From: Octopus vulgaris
Lineage: Eukaryota
Reading direction: 5' to 3'
Length of the DNA: 64,000 nucleotides
NCBI GenBank assembly: GCA_951406725.2
Contig: OX597818.1
Span: 13,268,001 to 13,332,000 of the forward strand
In this document: positions 13,832-27,133 of the stretch, piece by piece
How the letters are laid out: every line of letters starts with the position of its first letter
How positions within the stretch are numbered: the first letter of the stretch is position 1
The notes under the pieces: generated by a model
The model's database searches: none
Told to the model about the DNA's origin: nothing
What the model saw: only the letters and a program-made list of their open reading frames with translations
Program-made: the position numbers and the translations under genes

Positions 13832-14026
13832 CAGGGTGATTCAAAAGTGCCATACATAGGGACAATTTTTTAATAAGAAACAGTTTATAAGAACGGTTTT
13901 TTTATTTAACAGGCTGTATATAGTTTCAGTTGTTTTGAATACACATTGCAATACGTTTACCCCACTCATTATAAACTCGTAATAGCATATCTGTTGTTGA
14001 TAAATGGAGAATTTTGAATCATCCTG
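13832..14026. mobile_element. Tc1/mariner-type MITE
   Basis: TIRs CAGGGTGATTCAAAA / TTTTGAATCATCCTG flanked by TA on both sides. Confidence 0.88.
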
Positions 14027-14044
14027 TATATAAGTATTATTACT

Positions 14045-17000
14045 AAGGTAAGAAAATGGAGCGTTGGGGATGTATCGATAAGTTATTTGTATCAGAGTTT
14101 GAAGCTAAAATTTAAATGCAAATAATTTTTTTAAAGTGCCAAAGACACTAAAAAGAAAAGCAAAAACTACATATGTGTCGATTCTGGAACCTTTGCATAT
14201 TTTGAAGCATTTATGTAAATTCCAATGTTAAGAATAGGTTATCATTTTAAACTGTGAGATGTAGAAACCCTTCGGGGTTTTTTTTTGCTTGGCTTTTATA
14301 AAACGACGGTTACCTGTTTCTTGAAAGGACTAAAATAAAAAAACTATGAAAGTTTAAAAAGTTATATCTTGAATATTGTGTGTATTTACAAAGGTTATAG
14401 TTCAAGTAATTAAAATGAATAAATATAAAAAATAAATTTCAAAATATATAAATTTAAAAAAAATAATGATATATTTCTAAGGGAAATAAATACGTAATGA
14501 AAATTACAATTATTTTTTTAAAAATAGATACAAAAGAAAGAATTATAAATAAACCGTTGTAACTGTATAATTTCTATTGGCTTACTAATAGACCCAAGTA
14601 AGTATCCATGTTTTCGTGGGGGTCGAATCATATCAAATCAATATTAAATCGTTTATATCTAGCCGTTAAGGGATATATCTATCAAGTTAATATATCGACA
14701 CACATAGATTTCTATACAATTAGGAGATGTATTTCCCTCTCTCTATATATATTTTTGTGTAAACCTCTTGTAAAATATACTTAGGTTATATATAGTTGTA
14801 TATAATTCTAGATCAATTCAAAACAAGTAAAAGAAGGGAATAAAAAGAATAAAATAAAGATAAAATAATGATCTACATTTTATAAGGCAATAGAAAAGAA
14901 ACTTAGAATCCATAACTTATATATCACTTCCTCATATACGGGGAGATTGCATATTATGTTTCTTCCAGATATGTATTATGTGAATTACGTCAGTGAGGTA
15001 TGTTTATTTAAAGAAAAAAGAACGAAGTATCTTATAATTCTGTAAATTCGATCAAATATTTTATTACAAATTTAATAATAATCACTAATTAATTTTTATA
15101 AATATTAAAGTTTATACTACTAAACTGATAAACTCCGTCTATTTTGTAATGCAACACGATAAAATGAAATAAAATAAATTAATCTTACATATATTTATTA
15201 AATGTTTAAAATACAGTTCTATATTTAAGAGATGAGGAATTATGTACATTATTTCCATTATTTACATTTGACGGATATTTGTCCTAACCTTGTTTGTTGT
15301 TAACACAACTTTTCGGCTGATATACCCTCCAGCCTACATCTGGTGTCTTGGGGGAAATTTCTCATTCTTAAGGTATGTTGTTGTTATTATTATTATTATT
15401 ATTATCATTATTATTATTATTATTCTGGTCACTGCCTGGAATCGAACTCGGAATCTTGGGGTTAGTAGCCTGTGCTCTTAACCACGAAACCATATGTCCG
15501 TTTGCAATAATTACTTAATTTGTATTTTCTTTAACCTTTATAATCGCAGAATCTATTCAGATTATCTTAGGAATAAACTATAATTCTCAAAGTATAATTT
15601 TCACATTTACTCCCGCCGAATGTATTATTTATGCTGCTTCTTGAAGAAATATTAATTTTATTATTCTCGTAAAAATAACTTAATTTTGCATTATTATTTG
15701 AAGATATCTATCTAAATAAATTCTCCGTTACTGAAAATGCAAATCTTATATATTTATTATTAATAATGTCACTGTATTTATTAGAAGTGAAATGTTTGTT
15801 TATCAGTCAAGGCAGGGGTAGCCAAATAATATTATCATTTACTTCATTATTAGTGTAGTAATTCCCTGTGTTTACTTTGGTATATATACTTAAAAATTTT
15901 ATTCGTTTTTGTATAGTAATTACCATTTCTTTTCTCATTATTATCTAATGATTTCAAATTGCCAATCTGGTCAATAAAAACGTTATTTATATAATTCCTA
16001 TTTCTCTCCTAATTTGTGTTTCTTTCATTGGGTTTAATGTGTAATATAACTAGGTTTACGTCTTTATTATCTTTATATGGATATATATTAGTATTTTGGC
16101 CTGTTTTATCTATGTTTATTACTCTGTTTTAATTTAGGTTATTATTATTCACTATATTTCTACTGTGTATACTGTTATCTGTTTCTTCTTTAATTATATT
16201 ATTTATTTTTAATCATAGCCGTTACCTTAGGTTTCTTCATATTATTATATGTTCCAACTCTTGATCTATAATAACATTATTAACAATATGTCCATTATAT
16301 TTAATTTTCTGTTTATATTCTGCTTTTTCCAATGCAATGTTGTACAAGCCTTTATTTTCCTCAAAATTCTCCTCATTATATAAAAGGTAATTAATTCTAT
16401 TTTTATATTTTTAACCAAACCACTCGTAATTGACTTTGAATGATTAGTTTTAATATTAATATAAGTTATTTTAGAATTCGGTTTATGGTAAGGTGTATGT
16501 ATTGCTGTTATTAAATTAAAATTTACGTCTAAAACGTACATCATTATGCACCTTTTCTATTGAAATATGTAGTCCAAATCCAATGAAGAACTGATGTAAT
16601 ATTTGTTTTATATAACTCAACTTTTCTCTTAGGGGATCTTTTAATGATACACAGTACATCATCCCTATATAAAGCACTCCCTATGCTTGGAAATTCAAAG
16701 TTCAACTTATGTAAGATGTATATTACCACAAGATCCGTCGCCGGAGCGGAATCTGTCGAGCTCATAGCGATATCGAAAGAATCAAGTTTGTCTTTTCTCA
16801 CCCATAATTTATTATCAAAATTTATTATTGATTTTCGGGCTGTTAATATAACTTTTATTTCTCTCAGAGTCATTGTTGTATTATTCTTAGCAAATATAAG
16901 TGCACTATTAAGAACTGTTGTGTTAACAGATAAGTAATAATCTTTTATGTCTACCTGCAAGAATTTGTATTTATCTTTGTTATAAATTTTGTAGAACCTC

Positions 17001-17486
17001 TAACTGCATCTTGTGTATTTGATAATAGTTCCAATTTAATCTAATTATTCAGTTCATCAATCTGTTTGTCCATAATAAATTTGCTCCATTTGTCCACGTC
17101 TGATTTAGCTGGGCAAATGAATCTATCTTTAGGGTCTGTTTCAAAATTATGTTTGAGGTTCGTTAAAGATATTCCTGGTCTTAATGAAATAAAAGATTCT
17201 GTCCTATAGTCTATAGCGTATTCTGTCATTATTCTTTTAGATTCAAGATTTGTTGAACTCAATATATTTTTATGAACAATCTTATATTTCCCAGTATTTC
17301 TTTCTGAAGAATATCAGGATATAAATCAATATTTAAATTATAAATATTTCCAGTCCTGTGCGAGTGGGTACCTGAGAAGATAAAGATAATCACACATATC
17401 GTCCTCAAAAGCGTCCAAATGTCTCTTAGGTGGTGGGTATCTAGTTTAAAAAATATTCTTTACGTATTCTGTTTCCATGTTTCTGT
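14045..17486 (-). mobile_element. Decayed Penelope-like element (probably Naiad-type): RT plus decayed C-terminus and pseudo-LTR
   Basis: QVDIKDYYLSV..FDIAMSSTDSA..DLVVIYIL..LYRDD (16658-16669), LDVNFNL..PYHKPNS..YINIKTNH and RFICPAKSD. Region 14045-14500 recurs, diverged, at 18025-18790. Confidence 0.75.
15195..15502 (-). mobile_element. tRNA-derived SINE family S4 with a decayed hammerhead in its 3' part, nested in the PLE
   Basis: Head TGGTTTCGTGGTTAAGAGC..GAGTTCGATTCC at 15427-15502, a (TAA)n spacer, then ACAC-CAGAUGU-A-GGCUG..CAGCC-GAAA-AG-UU-GUGU at 15303-15346. Confidence 0.65.
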
Positions 17487-17878
17487 AATATAACTTTTAT
17501 TTCTCTCAGAGTCATTGTTGTATTATTCTTAGCAAATATAAGTGCACTATTAAGAACTGTTGTGTTAACAGATAAGTAATAATCTTTTATGTCTACCTGC
17601 AAGAATTTGTATTTATCTTTGTTATAAATTTTGTAGAACCTCTAACTGCATCTTGTGTATTTGATAATAGTTCCAATTTAATCTAATTATTCAGTTCATC
17701 AATCTGTTTGTCCATAATAAATTTGCTCCATTTGTCCTCGTCTGATTTAGCTGGGCAAATGAATCTAACTTTAGGGTCTGTTTCAAAATTATGTTTGAGG
17801 TTCGTTAAAGATATTCCTGGTCTTAATGAAATAAAAGATTCTGTCCTATAGTCTATAGCGTATTCTGTCATTATTCTT
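17487..17878 (-). repeat. Near-identical duplication of 16845-17236 (PLE RT segment)
   Basis: Offset 642 bp; only two substitutions noticed by eye. Confidence 0.93.
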
Positions 17879-18490
17879 AATTTTAATACATAATTTTCAA
17901 TCATTTCCCGGATGTCACGTCCTCCTTAGGGATTAATAAATCCAAAAGTTTACTGGTTTAATTTCCTGCATATTAGAAAAATCACCACATGTTTGGGATT
18001 ATCATAATAAATATTACAAATAACGTAAGAAAACGGAGAGTTGGGATATAGATTTAATTTATTTGTATCACAGTTGGAAGTTATAATTTAAACATAAATA
18101 AATTGTAAAAGGTACAAAAGAAACTAATAACCACTGAATCGACGTATGTTTCAATTGTAGTCCCTAAGTAATTCGTAGTTCGAAGCATCTTGGTTAAATC
18201 CAATGTTAAGAATTGGCTAACATTTTAAACTGTATAGGGCATAATCTATTCATGTTTTTCTTTTATAAAACGAAGGTTATATATCTCTTGAAGGGACTCA
18301 AATCAGAAACGAAAGAAGTTTAAAAGTTATATCTTGCATATTGCGTATGTGTATATGTGTCTTTGTGTGTATGTGTGTCGGTGCGTGCATGAGAGTGTAT
18401 TTGCAAAGTTATAATTCAAGTAAGTAAAAAATAAAGGTAAACTAAAAATGAAATTTAGAAAAATATAAATAGTAAAGATGATGATATATA

Positions 18491-18622
18491 TACTTTTACT
18501 CTCTTTTACTCTTTTACTTGTTTCAGTCATTTGACTGCAGCCATGCTGGAGCACCGCCTTTAATCGAGCAACTCGACCCCGGGATTTATTCTTTTGTAAT
18601 CCCAGTACTTATTCTATCGGTC
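18491..18622 (-). mobile_element. SINE family S1 3' segment (headless)
   Basis: CTTTTACTTGTTTCAGTCATTTGACTGCAGCCATGCTGGAGCACCGCC..TACTTATTCTATCGGTC, as at 12455-12567. Confidence 0.88.
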
Positions 18623-18641
18623 AAAAAAAAAACTGTGCTAT

Positions 18642-18750
18642 GCTTACTGCACCTAGGTTTCCCAAGCGGTGACCCATCTAAGTAGGCTCGACGTTGCTTA
18701 ACTTCGGTGATCGGACGAGAACCGGTGCTTTCAACGTGATATGGCCGTAA
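18642..18750 (-). pseudogene. 5S rRNA pseudogene
   Basis: Minus strand reads TTACGGCCATATCACGTTGAAAGCACCGGTTCTCGTCCGATCACCGAAGTTAAGCAACGTCGAGCC[~7 nt deleted]TACTTAGATGGGTCACCGCTTGGGAAACCTAGGTGCAGTAAGC, followed by 9 nt and T10. Confidence 0.92.
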
Positions 18751-18789
18751 TTATATGTAAGGGAAATAATCATCTAATATTAATAAGAA

Positions 18790-19700
18790 TATAAATACAA
18801 ATACTTCACTTCTAATAAATACAGTGATAAAGTTAAAAATAAATTTATAGGATTTTAATGTTTGTTGAGTAAGAATTTATTTAGATATTTATCTTCAATT
18901 CATATTGCAAAATCAGATTGTTTTCATGACAATCATTTAGATTAATATTTCTCCAAGAAAGAGCACAAATAATATATCCGGCACGAGTGAATGTAAAAAT
19001 TATAGTTTAGACTGTCAAGGGGAAACAACCGCAAATAACCACACATAACGTTTATTCCAAGGATATTCTGAACAAATTCTGCGATTGCAAAGTTAAAGAA
19101 AATGTAAATTGAAGCATTATTGAAAACGAAAGAATCTGGTATACCAAACTATCGTGAACGCAGAAAGGAAACATCACTTCTCTATGAATGATTTTTATTG
19201 GTTTAGTGAGAGACACATGTATTACATGATCATGATAGAGGATGGAAGTTTGTAAAAGAAGGGGCTGTAATGCATGAAAACTGGGACTTACCTATCGACC
19301 GTTATTGATTAGGGTATTAAATGCACATTTAATACAGATTCGAGATTAAAGAATTAGAGAAAAGAACATATGAAGATGATGATTATTATCCATATATATT
19401 TGTTAATAAAAGTCGGTGTGCACCAGTTTGAGTATATAGAAAACAAAAGTTTTAGGTGTAAATTCTGGATTTGTTACATATCTAATAAATTAAGATATAT
19501 GTTAAGTAATTTTGTTAAAGTTGGGTGTTGTGTCTAAAAATAAACAAGAGAAATAACTTGTGAATTTTGAATACAATTTAATATTTATGGGCGTATTAAT
19601 GTACAAATTAGATTGTTTAATATGTGCACTGTATTCTTATTCTTCCTTCTGTATTTTGTTATTTCAAAATATTAACTTCACACCCGTTACACATATCAAA
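18790..19700 (+). mobile_element. Decayed PLE C-terminal fragment, inverted relative to 15500-15800
   Basis: 18790-19130 is a diverged reverse complement of 15500-15800 (e.g. CACTTCTAATAAATACAGTGA / TCACTGTATTTATTAGAAGTG). The right boundary is uncertain. Confidence 0.55.
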
Positions 19701-20156
19701 ATTGCTAAATATCTTCCTTATAACAATTTATTTTTAATCTAAACCTCGATATATTCTCCTCCTACTTTCTAACTGTCTAGAGCTATTAACATAACAGCTA
19801 TATTTGTTATACACTAAATATAAATAACTATAGCCTATTTATAAACCTATTCGTCATTTCTTTCCCCTCCTTTTGGTTAATCTAAAAATATATAAAATAT
19901 AATCATGCCCGATACACATATCAAGTTAGTAAATAGCTTACTTTATAGTAAACAATATTTGAATGAGAATCTGATGTCTTTCACATGTTTTCCTACTGCC
20001 TAGTATTATTAATATAAAATCAAATTTGTTTTTAAGCATCTCTTAGATTAATGCTCTATCTATAAATTACATACCTATTAGAACGTCGTTTTCATTCCCC
20101 AAATCCCTTTCTGCTATCCTTTCTCTGTTTTCCCTCTACAGTCAACTAGATTGCAT

Positions 20157-20284
<128 letters not shown>

Positions 20285-21589
20285 ATACGATAATTTTTTT
20301 CAATATGGCCAGCATATTAAAATACTTCTAAAATTGAAAATTATAAGCAATTATAACTAAGGGCAAAAGAAAAACATTCTATCCCAATATGCTGAGAAAT
20401 AGACTTTAAATCGTCAATGACCACATACACATCGATATGTAGTGATGTATATTGTATGTTTATATATATACATGTTGTCCTAACTGCTTCTCTATATGTT
20501 TGTGTATCCATATGCATATGCCTCCATATATTTTGTGTAAGTGTAAGCATGTGTTTGTTTTTCTGTATACATGCATCTCCGTGTGCATATATGTGTTCGT
20601 ATGCATCTTTAGTTTTGCATAAATATGCTCAATTAAAATACGTATCAGCCACTATGTACTCAATATTTCCTATCCTAATGTCTAGTTTTATTAATCTCAA
20701 ACTCTATTTAAATATGCATTTACATACCATAATCAATAACGGTCGATAAGTCATGCATTTTAACCCCATTTTTTTACGAACTTCCATCCATCCTCCGTCA
20801 TGACCATATCATATATGTATATCTCACTAAACCAACAATACTCATTCATAGATTTTATTTTCTTCTTATATGCAATTTATTATAACTTGATTTTATATTA
20901 TATTTTATTCTTATTTTATTTCACTTTAATTTATGTTCTGCCATCTCTGAATTATTATTATATTTAATGAATGTGCATACTAAATTCACATTTTTCTTTT
21001 TCTATTTATTTATCTATTTCCTAATCATAATATTTTGTGTATAGTATATTCACAAATATTCAAAACTTACCAATCAAAGAAAAATTGCAGTACATAGCTT
21101 TTCACCTGAACCTACTATACACCTCCCTCAAAAGATAAACTGCTGACTCGAGTTGCATCAGCTCCTTTTGAACACATACGAAGTTCTACCACAATGTAGT
21201 TTGAATGTGGCAACGTCCTTGGCATTAAAGAATATGCTTCGAGATTCCCATCAACTAAATAATTCGACAGAAACATATATGTAGATTCTTTTTTCTGTTT
21301 TTTTTTCATCATATTTTTCAGCTTTCAACTTCCAATTCCAAACAATTTGTTTATTTCTAATATTTTTTTCCCAAGAATAATGCTATCTTTTTATAACATG
21401 CAAATAAATAAGTAATTAAATCCATTTATTCACCATTGTTTCTGCTCGATTTCCCTCAATATTGAAAATTTCAATAATCTTAAGTTTATACCAATGAGTT
21501 TACCATTATATGATACGGATTAAACCGGTGGAATTCTTTGGATTAGATAATCCTTAATGACGATCGGACTTCCTTAACTCTCTCTCTAT

Positions 21590-21797
21590 ATATAAAATTA
21601 ATCCAAAACACAAAGAGAAAACCCAACAACGTGAGGAGGTGGAACAAGTATAGTATTATTGGACGCTCAGGAAAGAAGGAAAGAAGGAGGGTTTAACGTT
21701 TTGAGCGGAGCTCTTCGTGAGAAACTTAGGAAAAGGAAAGATCCAAAGAAGGGAAGACGGAGGAAAATAATCGCCAACGGTACACACCCTGTCACAT
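21590..21797 (-). mobile_element. Solo PLE pseudo-LTR with decayed HHR
   Basis: 21691-21725 minus reads GUUU-CUCACGA-A-GAGC-ucc-GCUC-AAAA-CG-UU-AAAC; bounded by TA repeats. Confidence 0.58.
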
Positions 21798-21972
21798 TAT
21801 ATATATATATATGTATGTATATATATATATGTGTGTGTGTATATGTGTGTGTGTATGTATGTATGTAAGTACGTATATGTATATATATATATATACGTAT
21901 ATAAATAGACATAGATGTATTTAAATATAACCATATTCTCATACATATATAATGAACCATATATATACATAT

Positions 21973-22186
21973 ATTCTTTTACTCTTTTATTTATTTCAGT
22001 CATTTGACTGTGGCAATGCCGGAGCACCGGCTTTTAGCTGAAGAAAAGAACCCTGATCTTATTATTTTTAAACCTGGAGCATTTTCAATCGGTTACTTCA
22101 GTCGAACTACTAAGAAACGGGGACGTAAACGCAATTACTACCAAAGGATGGTAGTGCTGGGGACAAACGCAAACATAACTACACAC

Positions 22187-22240
<54 letters not shown>

Positions 22241-22398
22241 GACGGGCTTCTTTCAGTCTCCGTCTTCTAAATCCACCACTTAAAAGGATATAGTTGAAGG
22301 AGCTATGGTAGAAGACACTTGTCCAAGGTGCCACACAGCGGGACTGAATCAGGAACCATGTTGTTCGGAAGAAAGCTTCTTACCACATAGCCACACCA
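21973..22398 (-). mobile_element. tRNA-derived SINE family S1, near full length
   Basis: Head TGGCTATGTGGTAAGAAGC..GATTCAGTCCC, body CACCTTGGACAAGTGTC, tail GACTGAAATAAATAAAAGAGTAAAAG. Confidence 0.82.
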
Positions 22399-22559
22399 TA
22401 CATACTCATTATCAGTCGTTGACTGACAGTTGTTTTCACTCTTATTTCTAGCAATTCTGGTCCTAACTAGCTCTCACAGTCAGTCTAGTGATAACAATAC
22501 TTATTAGCCTACCGCTGCGGTTGTAAAGAGACACCATAATATATATATACATATATACA

Positions 22560-23350
22560 TAGGTAAGAAAGTTGATGTGTGAAAGAACGTGGTTGGATGA
22601 ATAAAAAATAGAAAAGAGGGAAAAACTACAGAAGGCTTGTGTTATAAGGTTAAAGAATATATTTATGTCGTTACGTTAGAAAAACGTTATAAAATTTTGG
22701 AGAAATAAGCGGTTTCGTAAATGCTTTTCAAAATTCTCAAATTTCTTTACCGACATCGTGTCATGTCTTCGTTATGAAGTGAAGAGAAGAGTTCCAGGCA
22801 GAGGAAGGTAATCAAGGATTTCTTCCGGTATTAGGGAGATAATCGCTTTATATATTTTCTTTTTTTCAGTGAGATGAGTTTCTTTGTATGAAAATGTTAG
22901 GATGGTTAAGTTTTGGTTTATATTTTTCAATGAAGAATGTTTCCTTGTTTAATCTAATTTGTGTTGGTGTTCCAATAGCACATTGATAGAAGGGAAAGAT
23001 TAAACATTTTGGTAGTCGTTGCTTTGCGCATTTCTCAATATGTTCACTAAAGGGTATCATTCTGTATTCTGGGAATGCAGTAGTTTTGGTGGCAGCCCGA
23101 GCATCTTATGACATAAATTATGTTTTCTGAAGCACAAATAAAATTAGATTTGATCTTGAATTTTTGTTCCTCTTTGAAGAGGAATTCTGATCCTTCTAAA
23201 AGGTTTGGGCATGTTGTGCAGTTTGGTCTACCGCATTTTTTTACATATGTATTTTCATAATCACTTTATGCAGTGCAGTGTGAAGTTTTGTGATATTTGC
23301 ACCTTCATTTATTAACAAAAACGATTAATCATAATTGTTGTTTGTTATTT
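22560..23350 (-). mobile_element. Penelope-like element (Neptune-type) 3' fragment: Zn-finger, GIY-YIG end and pseudo-LTR
   Basis: KCGRPNCTTCPNL (CxxxxCxxC linker typical of Neptune) near 23200-23245 and SEHIEKC..RLNKETFFIEKYKPKLN at 22866-23060. Confidence 0.7.
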
Positions 23351-23927
23351 CTTGAAAGAAAAACATTTTTGTATAGCGACCTCAACACACATACGCACAT
23401 ACAGAATACTCACATATGTAATGAATGTCATGGCATGGGATCAACACAAGCAGAGTTTCCAGGTGATCCAATGGATAGTCTTGGATATATATAATATTTG
23501 TAATATTTATAATATATAATATATATAATAAGTTACAGAGAGAAAGCTGCTGTAGAAGACTCATATTTAATAACTATCGCTTCAAATCAGAGAATATATA
23601 TATATATTATTAGGATATATTATTATACAGTTATTACTATACTATGTGTCACCCATAGTGCCATTCTCTCCGAAACTTACAAAGACTTTCTAGTTTGTTT
23701 ACAAATATTATATATACATTAATAGATAGCTTAAGTATATATTCATTAAATTTGGCTGAAATTTATGGGTGAGCGTTTGGTCCAAAGGGATGCACAAGGA
23801 TCCATGTTAGCGTTGATTTGTGGGTTCCATTCTGTCAGGGGATAGTTCATAATTTTCGGCCAAATTGTCGCTTCAAATCGTAGAATATATATTACTATAC
23901 AGTTTCATTCATTCATACATACATACA

Positions 23928-24010
<83 letters not shown>

Positions 24011-24049
24011 CAGTTGCTTGTCAAACCACAGTGCATTGAGTCTGTTTCA

Positions 24050-24650
24050 GTTTTATCATGGCGTAAAAATACATAGAATAGTACATTGAATTTATTTTTA
24101 TTCACTTTTTAATACTCCTTTTTCTGATAATGTGTCAGTTAATTTCATCGCAACCCTCCTAACAAGCTAGTTGAAGTCATTATTATTACGTTATACCTGC
24201 TGTAAAAATAATTTCTTTTAACCTTTTTATTTATTTTGGTTGTAATTTCTTGTGAGTTGTGTGTCTCTGACTTGTCTCTTTTCTAACTAAATTTTATGTT
24301 AATGATGTATCTTTGATAAGAATTATATAATTTTATCGATCTGTGCCTTGAAGTTTCAAAATGTACTTCCTCTCTATAATTACTTTATATCTAATAATGA
24401 AATACGATTTAACACTCTCCTGATTAGAAAACTATATAATATATTGTTTTATAAGTATTTCTATTATTAGTATATTAGTATTTCACCTTTTAATATGCGC
24501 TAGTTTATAAATTTTTTAATGTACTTTGTTAAGTGTATAGAAATTGACTTAAGATATGTTTGAAATATCAACTTATATTCAAGATTATTAAAAGTATTTT
24601 TCCTAATTTGTTGTGCAATACATTAATTGTAGAAAAATGTAAAATAAAAC
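24050..24650 (-). mobile_element. Heavily decayed PLE C-terminal (thumb/GIY-YIG) fragment
   Basis: Broken minus-strand remnants in the expected order (NKLGKILL.., GEC.., ..LKSE..RH). Pattern-level resemblance only. Confidence 0.35.
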
Positions 24651-27133
24651 ACAAAGTGTAAAAATATACAAGCCGAAAACTGAGCTGGTAATTCTAGAAA
24701 AACATACACGTGTGTATACGCGTATTTGTATTCGGGTATCTAGCCATATGTAGAAATATATGTTTGCGCATATTTACTTGGAAGTTGTTACATAAAATAT
24801 GCAGTTGAGAATGATATAGGAAATAGAGAAACGAATCTTAACGACACTAAGCTGATATATGTCGAAAGTTCAAAGAGCAGCATGCTTTACTTACACGCGT
24901 GTAGACCTGAGCGGAAACGAACGTCCATTAAGTGAATACTAAGAAACAAACAGAAGAAATGAGAATCGGCAGGGCAAAAATTATAAAAGAGGTGAACGGT
25001 GAATGGCGGACTGACATTTACAGTAAGCAAAGTGTTTTAACAGACGCAGTGTAAATGCATCTGTGGCTAGGACGCTGCAGATTTATTAGAAAGAGAATAT
25101 AACACTTGCTAGTTCAGAAACTACTTCAAAAATTACACACACGAACACGAACACACACATAAACACAAATATGAATAAATATAAAGATACACGGGTGTGC
25201 TCTTATACGTCTGTGTTAAGTAAGTGGGTTGCAGACTTTAATGCTATTTTGGGCAAAAAAAATTAATAATGTGTTTCAGGTTCTACGAAGTTTCTCAATT
25301 TATACTATGAGAATGGCAGAAAATAATGAACTTCTATTTCTCTTGAAGGCTGGTTATTTTAAAGTAGAATATTTTATATAGAGAGTGAATATTTTTAATT
25401 ACTTCAAGAATATATTTTCACCTAGCAACGATTGAAGGGGCTTCTAAGAGCTCTTTTATTTTATTCGAAAATTATTTGCAACAGGACATTTCCTACCCAT
25501 AAAAGAAATAAGAAAATTTTCAGAGCTGTAACAAACACCGGAGTATATTTCTTATTCCAATAACTGGGAAGAACGTCGTCCTAAAAACATTGAAACCGAT
25601 TATTTGTTCACAATGAACAAGGCCCTCATTCTAAGAGACAATGTGAAAGTAGACAAGATTATTGTGCAGATGCACAGTTTTCGCATTACGCAAAGATCAG
25701 GAAAAGTGTTGTACGAGGACGTATTTTCTCTAAATGAACTTTTGAAAGTAATTGATGCTGTTAGTCGCACTGAAAAATAATGAATAAGTTTGGATATGCT
25801 GACAAGATTATGGCCTAAAATAGTGATTCCAGAGTATATATTCTACAATTGATGACACATAAGCGACAATTGATGTCTCAGAACACCAAATGTCTTGCGT
25901 TAGCGCCATCCTTTTAACCATGATGTTGTCAAACACAGTGAATATCGTCTTTCACAACATGCATCTCCCAAACTCTATTGCATTGGCATATATTTTAACA
26001 ATCCGCAGGAACTCAGGATCCGAGTCAAGTTCAAGTTTGGGTACTATATGTTGTATCTGGTTATACGGTGTTACTAATTACAAGTTCAGTGTACAAGATG
26101 CAGCTGTGTTTGAACAATCCCTTCTCTCAGTGCAAAGTAAATGGCATTCATCCAATAATAAGCATTTCCAAGAGTACATGACACTTTCCCTTTTAATAGA
26201 TGTTAAATAGCACTATAAGCCCATGTAGCAATTCGCATAACTAATGTTCTCATTTTAAACACCCACCTGCCCAAGACGGCATGGATTTCGATAGATTTCA
26301 CAAGAACTTCCGAGAGAAGAGGATGACGAATCTCCAAGCCAGGACTAAGTAGAAACTTTCCCAGAGGATTGCGAATAAATTACAAGTTTCAATCTAAGCT
26401 ATAAGAACGAAATGTACAGGAGTGATGACACGGGTTCCTTAATCGTTATGATTGTGGTAATTGCCGACGTTCTCCATTTCTTATGCAGAAACCAGCTGTG
26501 CCTGCTGTGTCTCACTGTTAGACTGGGCGGCGAACATTTTTCAAAAGCCTTTTCTACAGTGAATTAATAGATAAGGAAATTTCGTTAGAGGCAATATACT
26601 AAATCTCTCCTTAAAGAGTCGTAGGAAGAGCATTGATTTTGATGATCTATCTCATGTAACGTCCGTAACACTTTGATAGTTCGTTGTGGTGTGGGGCTTA
26701 TTCTAAATTATTGTATCATCTGGTCTCAATTTTACACTAGTGTAGCACTGCGGCGGGCAGTAATTCAGTGTGGGTATTTTTAGATTCAGCGAGTGACGTG
26801 AAACGTTGCGTAGCTGGTTGGTTTTTGGAAACAAGATCTGCTCTCTCAATTACAGATGTATCGGGGCGAACTATATTTTCTAACAAGGATAGGCAGCATA
26901 TGCTTATTCGAAAACTCAGAGATCAGCTTGCTTAAACTATTTGTGTTACCGTACATAATGAGTGTTGTGTTGGAGAAATGTATTTAATGTAATAATATGA
27001 TTGGCAAAAACCATAAGTATGAGATAATATCAATGCGTAAGGAAACTTATTTTTTTTTGTCTTTGGTCAGTAAGTGATATTTCCTACTTGCTTCGATGTA
27101 GAAATTAAAGGAAATATCTACTATTTCTTTTAA

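Noticed and set aside
25180-26260. Possible decayed mariner and hAT transposase remnants
   Set aside because: Resemblance is too faint to support without an HMM search.
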